Origin: Lophium mytilinum
Lineage: Eukaryota
Reading direction: 5' to 3'
NCBI GenBank assembly: GCA_010093605.1
Contig: MU004195.1
Location: 372,001 to 436,000 of the forward strand
DNA length: 64,000 nt
Of this stretch, positions 52,128-62,869 are shown in pieces. A program made the translations under genes and the position numbers. Every line of letters begins with the position of its first letter. Position 1 is the first letter of the stretch. The notes below the pieces were generated by a model, which saw only the letters and a list, made by a program, of their open reading frames with translations, was not told the DNA's origin and did no database searches.

Positions 52128-52468
52128 TAGGACTAGATTTTCGTCTGATTCATTTTCGGAGCTGCCCAGAGTGTCTAATGGCAGTGAACACAATCTGGTT
52201 TTTGGACAATGTACGTACAATACTCCCAATTCCATTCACTGGTCTTCTAACATCATCATCCAGATCATTCAACGCATTCCCTTCACTCACGCGTTCAGCA
52301 CTTGCCAGTGAAGCTGGTCTTGGCAGACCGCGCTAGCGACATAAATTACACCACAGTCCAGTTCCGCAGTCCAGTTCTTCCACCTGCACACCACACCTCC
52401 CACACAACATCATATCACACACCCCGTGGGCCGCATCATCAGCTTGTACATCCATCAACTACTACACC

Positions 52469-53392
52469 ATGTCTGCAAACGTTACCAACCACCCGGCTGC
52501 GTCCACAACGTCACCTGCCGATGGTGACCACGTCGAGGCCACTGGCTCCAACAACCCCGGCAGCAACCGTGGCTCCCTCCTCAACAATGCCGAGATCAAG
52601 GGTCGGATCTCCGACCTCACAGCCGCCTACAAAGACGAGAAGATGGTGGACACCCCCAATGAGGCCCCCGATGATGCGACTGCGTTGACGACGAACCGCG
52701 ATCCTCGACTGGCGCCTGCGGTCCAACTCGCCAGGGCGCTCCTGTCACACTTCTACCCGGCCTCCCAGGGCTTCTCCCTGCGCGAGACCAACTTCGCCAA
52801 CATGCAGAACAACGACTCTGGATGGACGATCGAAATCAAGCCTACACGAGGCATGGATGCTGCCTTCCACCATTTCCCCACCGAATGCATCGCCGGGTTT
52901 CTTGTTGAAAAGACACTCGAGACGGAGGAGGACGTGATTCCGGACGAGGACGCCGTTCCAGACGAGGGCGCCACTCCGGTCGAGATACGCGAAGCTCGGA
53001 CTGTGGTCTACACCGCCATGGCCGTGATAGCCGATGACATGAAGACCGAAGCTACATGGCACAAAACCGCAGTTGTCTCGCTTGGCGACCTCATGAGCGT
53101 TGACCTCGGCGTGCTTTCCGGAGTACAATCGACTACCTGCTTCATGTTGATCGGGACTCAACTTCAGCTCTTGACCTGGAATGGCGGCAGCAAGTCTGAG
53201 CACCGCATGATGGTCCCTTACCAGCACTATAACAACGTCCTTGCCAAGATGGGTAGCACGTTCAACCTCGCCGTCGACGGGAAGCATTGGGAGTACAACT
53301 TGAAGCTGCTTGACCGCATCATGACCGATGCTATCAAGGAGCAAGTCGTCTGGACAGACGGTAGCGTGGCCGATGGACCGGGTTCGGACTGA
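52469..53392 (+). CDS. Hypothetical protein (307 aa), paralog of the C-terminal domain of the next gene
   Basis: Intronless ORF with coding bias and a good start context (acaccATG); collinear similarity to 53792-55573. Confidence 0.85.
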   Translation: MSANVTNHPAASTTSPADGDHVEATGSNNPGSNRGSLLNNAEIKGRISDLTAAYKDEKMVDTPNEAPDDATALTTNRDPRLAPAVQLARALLSHFYPASQGFSLRETNFANMQNNDSGWTIEIKPTRGMDAAFHHFPTECIAGFLVEKTLETEEDVIPDEDAVPDEGATPVEIREARTVVYTAMAVIADDMKTEATWHKTAVVSLGDLMSVDLGVLSGVQSTTCFMLIGTQLQLLTWNGGSKSEHRMMVPYQHYNNVLAKMGSTFNLAVDGKHWEYNLKLLDRIMTDAIKEQVVWTDGSVADGPGSD

Positions 53393-53791
53393 GGTCATCT
53401 ACTCTTGGAGCTCTATGATTGGAAGCGGGTTGGAATGCTTGGGGAGCTGGGAAACCTTCGCCAGTTGCATTGGATGATACCCATAGGTAGGCGTTCTCGG
53501 TGGCAGGGAGTCACTGCTCTTTTGGGTATGCGTAGATAGTCGTCGCCCCGATAATGCACTTACCTGCTCTACCTTGTGCCCTGTTCCACTTCCTTTTTAC
53601 TTCATGCATCAACAGAAACCCAACCGCATCAGGTCCGCTGCTTCGTTTCTTCATCACTACCAAAACTCATACTTCGTGTACAGCGTCTGCATTTCTCTAC
53701 TTCGGCTTCCCCTTACACATATCTGCATCACTACAGGGCCCTAAATTTGTCTACGCTGATATCCGTATACGCAAACCCCACCTCTCTCACG

Positions 53792-55573
53792 ATGTCGGAA
53801 GAAGACCGTTCTCACAATTCCCCCCTGTCTCCCAACCAAGATACCAACGCGAATGACGGGAGCCAAGGACTTCTCAGGCCCTCGGGCCATGCGACCGGCT
53901 TCGAACAGTTATACAATGCTGTCTCCTCGATAGCCAAACATCGGGATGAGTCTATGGATAGGCTAAGACGCGGGCTCGAACCAGAACCCGACGGACCCCC
54001 CGATCTCGGGCAGGACCCGGCTGCCGCACCGCCAGTTCAACGACAGTCTCTCGACCCGCCAGCACTCGTTTCATCGCAAGAGAGTCACAAAAGACAGAGC
54101 CAGGCGCCAGACGGCCGGCGCTGGCGCGTGAAGAAAACCCAGACACAGAAGCGGGCCGAGAAGAACCGCGCTTTCTACGCACAGGAGGCCATCGACCGAG
54201 GAGATAAACTGCCCGCGATCGATTCCAGGGAGAAGGCTCGCTTGGAAGCACTCAAGAGCGGATTGCTCAGATATCCCGTACCGCCAGTTCCTGCGGAGAG
54301 CAGCCAGCAGCCAGATGCCAACGATTACAGTTTCCAGCCATCCGGTGGCCTACTGCCAGTTCCTCCAGGCGCCGACGATTTCGATTTCCAGCAATTCGAT
54401 GGCCCACTGTCAGTTTCCCCAGGCGCCAACAATTTCGATTTCGAGCAATTCGATGGCCCACTAACAGTTCAACCAGAAGCCAGGAGCCAGGCGCCAGGCG
54501 CCAACGAATTCGATTTCCAGCCATTTGGTGGCCTATTGCCAGTTCCCCCAGGCGCCAACAATTTCAATTTCCAGCAGTTCGACGGCCCACTGCCAGTTCA
54601 ACCAGAAGCCATGAGCCAGGAGGCAGGCGCCAACGATCTCAATTTCCAGCGATTTGGTGGCCTACTGCCAGTTTCCCAAGCTGCCAATAATTTCAATTTC
54701 CAGCAATCCGGTGGCCCACTGCCAGTTCAAACCCCAGACAGGAATCAGGCGCCAAGGGACAACGATCTCAATTTTCAGCAATTCGGTAGCCTACTGCCAG
54801 ATAGACCCCATCTTACGCCTCTCAACAATGCTTCTCAACTTGCTTCCAATCCGAACCTACCACCTTTCGTCTTCTTTGACGACACACCAGGCGTTACCGT
54901 TCGTAATCAAGAGTTAAAGGACATGATAGAAGATCTCGAGCGAGCGTACAGGTCCCATGAGATGGGAACTTTGTCGGAACCCGAAATAGCCAAAGCTCGC
55001 CTTCCACACGTAAGAACGGCCGCCAGAATCCTTCTACAATACTTTTATCCTGAGATAGCCGGGTACTTTATCCGCGACACTAAGTTCGACAACGACAACG
55101 CCATTACCAGGGTTCTCGAAAGCGTCCTTCCCAGCGAAGTGCTCGGCTTTCTAGTGTACAAAGATCAACAGCAGGCGGGAAAGATACCAAGGCTCCACAC
55201 CGCTATGGCTATATCTGTCGATGGACTCAAGACAGCAAAGACAGTTCTGCCTGATGAAGGGGTCTTGTACATTGCAAATATCATGGACTTTGACTTTTAT
55301 GGTGCTAAAATCAGGAAGGCCAACGCCTTCGTCCTGTTTAGCGGTGAGATCAGCATCTGTACCATTGGCAATGCCGGTAAATACGGCACACCCTGGGAAC
55401 TTCATACGCACCCAAATCGGGACGTTGCGGCCTATCGTGGAAGGTTCCAAGCAAAGGTGCGAGGTCGTGCCTGGGAAAAAAGCTTGAATACGTTTGAGCA
55501 GCAAATGAAGGACGTGGTTCAGGAACCAGTCCTTTATAGCGATGGTGAATCAAGCATAGGACACAGACTGTGA
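53792..55573 (+). CDS. Hypothetical protein (~593 aa): basic N-terminal segment, 8 internal repeats and the shared C-terminal domain
   Basis: Long intronless ORF with first ATG at 53792; homology blocks shared with 52469-53392. Confidence 0.82.
   Translation: MSEEDRSHNSPLSPNQDTNANDGSQGLLRPSGHATGFEQLYNAVSSIAKHRDESMDRLRRGLEPEPDGPPDLGQDPAAAPPVQRQSLDPPALVSSQESHKRQSQAPDGRRWRVKKTQTQKRAEKNRAFYAQEAIDRGDKLPAIDSREKARLEALKSGLLRYPVPPVPAESSQQPDANDYSFQPSGGLLPVPPGADDFDFQQFDGPLSVSPGANNFDFEQFDGPLTVQPEARSQAPGANEFDFQPFGGLLPVPPGANNFNFQQFDGPLPVQPEAMSQEAGANDLNFQRFGGLLPVSQAANNFNFQQSGGPLPVQTPDRNQAPRDNDLNFQQFGSLLPDRPHLTPLNNASQLASNPNLPPFVFFDDTPGVTVRNQELKDMIEDLERAYRSHEMGTLSEPEIAKARLPHVRTAARILLQYFYPEIAGYFIRDTKFDNDNAITRVLESVLPSEVLGFLVYKDQQQAGKIPRLHTAMAISVDGLKTAKTVLPDEGVLYIANIMDFDFYGAKIRKANAFVLFSGEISICTIGNAGKYGTPWELHTHPNRDVAAYRGRFQAKVRGRAWEKSLNTFEQQMKDVVQEPVLYSDGESSIGHRL
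54311..54805 (+). repeat. Coding tandem repeat: 8 copies of an 18-aa core (54 bp), three extended by 7 aa (75 bp)
   Basis: Consensus GAN(N/D)F(N/D)FQQF(D/G)G(P/L)LPVxP. Confidence 0.92.
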
Positions 55574-56188
55574 TCTGTCCTTATTTCCATCGTTCATAGG
55601 AATCCGTACACTCGTTTACCACTAGTTAAAGAACTTCAGGTGTTGTCAGCGTTCTAATTAAGAGAGAAGTACGGCATTTGGACTACTACTAAACTCGTGA
55701 GGCTACCCAAGACAGGGGCGAACCCACGTGTACAATGCAAACCCTACATTTTCGCACGCAGTTTAAGACATTCCGTAGAACTTGACAATGAAAGTGACGA
55801 CCCTTGAGGGTGAGATCGACCCGAATAAAAATCTGCTCTTTACATTATCTGGGGTGTACTGATATGGTTTTATGGACTGAGGAAACATGTTAAGTTTCCG
55901 GGTCTGTAGATCAACCAGCATAATTGACTGACCGGAGATGAGCCAGCTAAGGACTACTTACAGTGAAGTGGAAAGAGTAACAACTACAATAAAATTCCGA
56001 GCCCAACATCTCCAATGTCATTGCCTACTTACCCCTGAATTATGAAAGCACCACCCCCATCCAGCCTAGCGTCCCAACCTCACCCCAGCATCACCTCCGT
56101 CTCCCCACTATCCGAAGTCCAGGGCACCACCTCTCCCTCCGGGGAGTTCCAACTCCTCAACCACCGTCTACGAACAATTGAAACGACA

Positions 56189-57220
56189 ATGAGCGATCCC
56201 CTCCTCGCCACGGCCGAAGCAACGGAGCACCCGCTCTCCTCCCCCATCCGCACCGCCCCAAAACTCTACGCCATCTCCGACCTCCACCTCTCCTTCAAAA
56301 CCAACCGGGCCGCCCTCGAAGAACTCGCCCCGCGCCCCAACGACGGCCTCATAATCTGCGGCGATGTCGGCGAAACGCCGGAGCACCTGCGTCTGGCGTT
56401 CGCGAAAGCGACAAGCTGCTTCAAGCAGGTGTGGTGGGTGCCGGGGAACCACGAGCTATACACCCTCCCGAGCGAGGACCGGCGCGGGGAGGGCGCGGTC
56501 GAGGGACACGGCGGGGGGCTGAGGGGAGTCGCAAAGTACGAGGAGTGCGTGCGGGTTTGTAGGGAGTGGGGAGTCTTGACGCCGGAGGACGACTACGTGA
56601 CATGGCCGCCGCTGAATCCCTCGGCGCCTGGAGATGGAGATGAGGCAGCGCATGAGGAGGTTGAGAGCGTGATCATCGCGCCGATTTTTACGCTTTACGA
56701 TTACTCGTTTCGGCCTGCGAATATCAAATTGGAAGGAGCTGTGGAGTGGGCGAAAGAGGAGGGCATTGAGGCGTCGGATGAGGTGCTGCTGCATCCGGAT
56801 CCCTATCCCACGAAGCAAGACTGGTGCGCGGCGCTTGTTGCACGCACCTTTGATAAGCTGGACGCTGTTACGACCGCATACCCGAATACGAAGCTGGTCA
56901 TTGTGGGACATTGGCCGCTAAGGCAGGACCTGGTCAAGATTCTTCAAGTACCGCGATTTTGCATCTGGTGCGGAACAACGAAGACGGAGGACTGGCATGA
57001 GCGGTTTAACGCCAAGGTAGTTGTGACTGGGCATTTGCATGTTCGGAGGACGGATTGGAGAGGGGCGACGAGGTTTGAGGAGGTTAGTTTGGGCTATCCG
57101 AGACAGTGGAAGGAGGCGATGGACCAGGGACTCGATGTCAACGACATGCTCAGAGAGATATTGCCAGGGCCGGAGCCGCCGACCGATAAAGCTAAAACGA
57201 TCTGGAGGAGGTTTGGGTGA
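56189..57220 (+). CDS. Calcineurin-like metallophosphoesterase, PptH/Rv2795c-like (alternative upstream ATG at 56042), intronless
   Basis: AISDLH, GDVGE, WVPGNHEL, YDYSFRP, LHPDPYPT..DWC, HWPLR, WCGTTKTEDWH.RFNA, GHLH.RRT and RFEEVSLGYPRQW. Confidence 0.88.
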   Translation: MSDPLLATAEATEHPLSSPIRTAPKLYAISDLHLSFKTNRAALEELAPRPNDGLIICGDVGETPEHLRLAFAKATSCFKQVWWVPGNHELYTLPSEDRRGEGAVEGHGGGLRGVAKYEECVRVCREWGVLTPEDDYVTWPPLNPSAPGDGDEAAHEEVESVIIAPIFTLYDYSFRPANIKLEGAVEWAKEEGIEASDEVLLHPDPYPTKQDWCAALVARTFDKLDAVTTAYPNTKLVIVGHWPLRQDLVKILQVPRFCIWCGTTKTEDWHERFNAKVVVTGHLHVRRTDWRGATRFEEVSLGYPRQWKEAMDQGLDVNDMLREILPGPEPPTDKAKTIWRRFG

Positions 57221-57867
57221 GGGTGGGAAGAGAGCGAGAGAAAAAGATGCATTCAACTGCGCGTTTGGGATTGCATAGGTGATTGGCGCATCCATAGGTG
57301 TCTAGGATCACGGCGTGTGTAAGAGGGCATCCGTTGTTTTGTATTACTTACGGGTTACGCGGCGGTGCGGAATTCAATGCGGGTATGAATGAGGGTTTAC
57401 GCGATTAGGGCTTGCATTGAATACCCAAGAATATTTTGGATACGGTACGTGTTTCTCAACGAGTGTAAGCGGCATTGTACTTGCTTTCATGGATAGACTA
57501 GAAATGCGTGGTCGTTACGCTTTCGTGGCCCATATTCCAATGGCTTTCGCTGCCGTTCTGTCATAGCCGCACCACTCGGCCAGTTTTCAGTCATGTGTAC
57601 TCACGTGCATTCATTCTTCAACAGCTATAAAAGCCTCATCGTGCTTCAAAATTTCTCCCGTCCCTCATCTCTCTCCGCCCACGGATCTCTCCAATTCTTC
57701 TCTAACGCAATATTTTTCCACATCTTTTTATAAATTCATGCTCACCATCATCTCATCTGCACACACGATTAGCCTTCTCGAGCGACCTACCGCCTCGCAT
57801 AGTCACCCAGCTTCTGTGATCAACCCTGTATCTGAGGACGAGATGAATTTTCCAGCAGGAGAGAATC

Positions 57868-59401
57868 CTAGTCTGAGCTTGGTTCGTTCCATGTTCTTTG
57901 CCGTTCTTGCCACCCGCGGTCCCATATCTTTCTTTTCTCCACGGCGATATCAGCCAGCTTGTTCAGAACCGGTCCAAAGAACCGGCCCCAGTACCCGTCC
58001 CTCCCCTCATCCATCCCATATTCCAACATATTCTCATAAAACCTAAGCAACTGGAAAACTCCACGAATTGACTCAGTACCCAGCCTCCCAAACCGTGAAT
58101 CTTCCCCTAGAACATGTATCCCACTTCTCCCACAAACTAGATTCGTGCGCGGATAGCCGTAGTAAACCCGATGATGGTGCCCGACGATCGTGATTGCAGG
58201 CTCGACCATTGCTGTTGGCTCGTACGAGATCTGTGCAGCTTGTGCGAGCTCGGACTTGTTGCGTAAGGAACCGGCGATCCATATACTCATCTGCAGCTCG
58301 GCTTCGGTAGCGTCTCCGGATGGAGTTTTGAGCACAAAGCCAGAAAAGTGGGCAATTCGGCTTGTGAAGCAATCGAGTGTATGCCCGACATGCACATATG
58401 CGGCGTCGAATCGTTCATACAGGTCTGAGATGCTGGGGTTACGACTCGAGTATGAAAAGACGAAGTCAGATTTGCAGTCGATGAGCTTGCGGCGAGTGGA
58501 GTTTGCGAGAGTGGGGGCGGGGATTGTGGAGAGGTAGAGGGGATTAATGGACTGCGATTTACTAGAGGATTAGGAGGTTAGCTGTATCTTTACAGGAGTC
58601 GGCAGAGGGTGTATATACATCCACTGAAATCCCCATCTGTCGTTACCGTACAAATCCATGGCCAAACGGACCAGAGGGAACACCACATGAGAGAACCAAG
58701 CGTTCTCATCCTGACTTTCATCCTTACACTCGCGCGCATTAATGAAAATCTCCTTGACTTCTCGCCATATAGTCATCAGCTCCTTGGTGGAGCGTGTGTC
58801 GCTGCGGTCGATGTCGGCGGGTTTGATGGTTTCGTGGCTCACCTTAGGATCATTGTCAATGATATTCTAGACACATTTAAGTCTAATGTGGGAGCATCCT
58901 GAATCAAATGCACGTACCTGCAAGCCTTGGGGAATAAAGCTAGAGTCAACGCCGTTGGCGAGCCGGTCACGAAGCTGTTCGACATGTTCCGGCGGGGTCT
59001 CCTTCAAGCCAGTAAAGCTCTCTGTTAACACTGGTGGCCACGCCTTCCTCAGTATACCCGGCGTCTCGCGCGTTGGACTTGATGAACGTTTCGGATTTAA
59101 GGAAACTCGACTGGAAGCTGGGCTGAATGTATTCTTCTCGTTCAACGACCGCGTAATTTTCGCTACCGATTTGCGACGCGCTCTGTTGAGGATCAATATC
59201 ATTGATATTCTCGATTCTTCGCCTCTCCGGACTGCCGCTACGGTGCGAGCTGATGGGTGATGGGAGGGAGATAGCGTGCTTCCGCTTTGGACTTGAAGAT
59301 AGCTTGGAAGTGTCGTCAGGCGGAAGAGAGAGAGGGAGATGAGTTAGCCACGAGCGGATGCGACCATTTCTGGATACAGAAAGAAGACTCTCTGAATACA
59401 T
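57868..59401 (-). pseudogene. Fungal PD-(D/E)XK nuclease-like gene with a +1 frameshift (~59157-59160) and an altered catalytic motif; 2 introns
   Basis: ARECK..QDENAW...V..PL, QSINPLYL, KSDFVFS, FSGFVLK (V where E is expected in ExK), EAELQMSIW and AITIVGH. An extra A in gaaaatt shifts the frame after QSASQIGSE. Confidence 0.72.
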
Positions 59402-59852
59402 TGTTGGGTGTATGAGAGTTGTTGATGCCTACTTACAAGACGCGTTATTTTATTGTCGTGACTTGGGGCGCTAATGTCGCCGGAAGAGCACAGCATACTG
59501 AGACGAGGCGAGCCCGTTGATACGTTCGCTAATCTCTCGTGCATATAAGTCAGTCGATCATATTCCTTCTCCCCCGCTCTCAAACACTTGGAGGAACCGT
59601 GAGAGGTAAGAATACACGATGGAACGATGGGAGTGGGAGAATAGCAGAGTTTGCGCAGGAGTGACGCAGGAGACTAATTGTGTTTGCACCGGAGATCTAT
59701 GACTGTTCCGGAGTCAGCAACTTGTGCTACTGAATTTATTTTCGTGTTGTACGACTTGACTTTTTCTCTCAATCACCCAGCTCCCATGATCCCCCCCCCC
59801 CTCGCGAGATCACTCCTCTCCCACGATCAAGCTCCCACAAAGCTACACCAAG

Positions 59853-61106
59853 ATGCCATGGCTCAAGCAAGCCATTGGGTGTCACCGTACTTATTTCAGG
59901 CTGTACCAACGGTCTACGCCGAGCTATGCATCTCGAATGTTCTCCTCTACCATTTTGAAGATTGACTTTCACGCTCTCGAACGGAAATGGCAGGCAAAAT
60001 GGGACTCTCGAGGGACAAAGATACAAGAAGAGCGAGATATGGATTTTGAAAGCAATCCCATCATCCCGTTCTATGTGGACCACATCCGCAGGCCCACGAT
60101 AATGGGGGCACTCCAATCGATACTGTCGAGGAAACAAGCCGCTGCTCCTCGGAACGGCAAGACAAGCATGGTCGAACAGATCCTTTCCAGTTATGATACT
60201 GAGCCATCCGTCTTTCGACTGGAAGACCTCCGTACCTACAGCCAGATATACGGCACAGACGTCGTTCGAACTTGCGTTATTTTCAGTCAAGCCGCTGATA
60301 CGGATTCTCCTATCCAGGAGCAATCAGTAATCAATACTCAAAAGTGGTTCGAACGCGCTTGGGACGCGGTACGGATTGCCCATACATCATATGAAGCCAC
60401 CCAAACCGATCCTCCAGCCGGAAATCCCGACCCCGAAACCCGCAATGACCCGGATCTTATTGACGATATCACCGACTATAATATGGACTCTGTTAAGTCC
60501 CTTGTCCATGTACCTCCGGAGAGTCCAGGAACACTCGACAGGGCTACAGATGAGGACACTTGCGCTCTTTGGCTTGCCTCGCAGGAAGCCATCTTGTCGA
60601 TGAACTGCGAGTCAGAACAAATGGACGTTAATAAAGTCTGATTGAGACTCAGCAGCCTCATTTCTTCGATTCGTTATGAGGGAGAAGATGTCCTCCTTCT
60701 GGACTCTAGCGTTCATTATCACTCGGCTCGGACTCTATTATCGCTCCTCGCACCTTTCGCGCCGTCATTTGCAGAAGAAGGTTGGTTTGCGTTACACTAC
60801 GGACAAGATCAGTGGCGCGACCGGGAAATTGATGAAGAAACCTATGAAGAAGAGAAAAGTGATACAGGGAGCAATTTCGCATACGATGAGAATTTGATAA
60901 ATGAAGATCTCATGGAATGCGGATACCAAGATCTTCCAAGACGAGGCGATTCTCGTACCTTATCGTCAATCTTTGCTCAACCGTTTCCCGTTGCTGAATC
61001 ATCTAAGGTTATTAAGAGTTTAAGGCGCAGATCGGAAGAGTCAGTGCTAAGGCGCTCAGCTGAAAGAGAGGCGAAGAACGACATGGCTATCTTCGCTACG
61101 TTGTAG
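59853..61106 (+). pseudogene. Leucyl-tRNA-synthetase-derived protein lacking most of the catalytic and editing core; mitochondrial-type presequence; in-frame TGA at 60639-60641
   Basis: DFHALERKWQAKW, degenerate HIGH region FYVDHIRRPTI, YGTDVVRTCVIF and LLSLLAPFAPSFAEEGW; no KMSKS. The two ORFs abut in the same frame. Confidence 0.72.
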
Positions 61107-62869
61107 GGTGAGACTCAGGCGGGGCTCGTTCGGGCGTTCCGACGGTGGTGGACAGATGTTGAGTGTTGCGTAAAGAATCTGGCGGTGGTCGTCCGGCCGT
61201 CTTGCGGCGACGGGCGCTCATAGTGCTGGGTCGGGGGTTATTAGGGGGTAGATCGAGATGGCGAGGCTGCGAGAGCTTATAGCCCCAAGAGAGGTGGAGA
61301 TGTGTCCCTTTAGGAGCAAGACGGACGCTAATACATTACATCGGCAGTATAGTATCCTATTCTCTCTTTCCTTACTAGTCATTTACTATACTCTCTTATA
61401 CTGTAGGCAGTAAGAAATGGAGACATGTTGAATAAGAAGTAGCATTATATTGTATTGTAAAATATACTATAAGATGCCAGAGCATAAGGCTTCCATTCCT
61501 GCCGGATATCTCCGACGTTTCTAAAGGTGCAAAAAACGATAGCAGAGGTGATGAGTTCTCTGGCGAAGTCATGTGATCCTGGCTGACATCTTGTATAAAA
61601 TCTTTTTCTCAGACGTGGAGTTCTGATTTCTCATCGGAGGGGAAAGGGAAGGAAGGATGAAGGCGATCAAAAGCTTCAAATGGATGTTCTATGTGTCGTG
61701 TGGACTAAACATAGCCGACGACCTGAGCATGGCCGGGGGAAGGGGGAGTTCGGGATAGAAAGAGAAGAAACTGTATCAAGACCATCCTCGCATGGAATTG
61801 GTGGAGGCTAAATGAGGGAGCGGGCTACAACCGCCATACGCTAGAGATGATGAGCATCAACTTCCTTTCCAGTATGTCATACTGTCATATATGAGGCATG
61901 GTGGGAAGAATGGTTTGGGAATGGTGATCAGCATCGTATCAGATTGAAATGCTGGCATCTCACACCATCGCGATCTGGGCTGCTGTTTGTTGTTCCCGGA
62001 CATTACAGGTCAATTTTGACGCTTTTGCAAGCCAGAGAGAGCAGCCACACATTCTTCTTGCCGCCTGCCCGTTTTCTTTGCCCTAACCCCATCCTCCTGC
62101 CCATGAAGAACCCTCTATGCTAGTCAGAGCCGATATTTCATACCCACAAAACCCCCGCGGACTGACCTAAGTCACGAGTGCAACGTGTTTAGCATCCTTC
62201 ACTTCCTTATCAGTCCTCCTTAGAATGACCCAGCAGAGTTTTGTAGACCTCTTTCCAGTGGTAGCCCTAGAAAGGCGTTGCTTCCCAGCCTACATCTAGA
62301 GAGGACATGATGGATCATGGGGCTGAGGCGAAAGAAGTTTTCAGGGTTGTGAAGGTGCAAAACTTGGGCTGTGATAGCATGCAGAAGGAGATTATTTATA
62401 GATTACGTCTGTACTTTTATAATGGGTATCTTTACAGACGAGAGTACGTAGGAGAAGGAGCAGGCTCGGGAAAGACGTGAATGATCATCGCATGAGCTTA
62501 CAAAGCGTAGTAAACGTCTACAAGCCCGAATGGACTAGACTTTCTGCTTCGCCGAACGTGTATGTGAGCTAGAGGCGGCGTCAGTCGTCGGAGAGGAAGG
62601 GGCTTGTGGACTTGAGAATGGAGAATGCAGCGGCGGCGATGCATTGTAATGCATGGTGGGGCCATCTCAACCACCCCGGCTTGAAATCAGGAGTAACTTG
62701 TTCTATCATCACCGAAAACTCGCAAAGGGCAGGCCGGCATAGATGATGAAAGTGTGAAATAAGCGGCAATTCTTACCTTTGTATCTTAAACAGTAATATC
62801 CACCTTCTCTTCGAACAACAAAACTACGAGCCTCATCTAGAACGTGGACATGAATTGGTCTCGTCCTTA

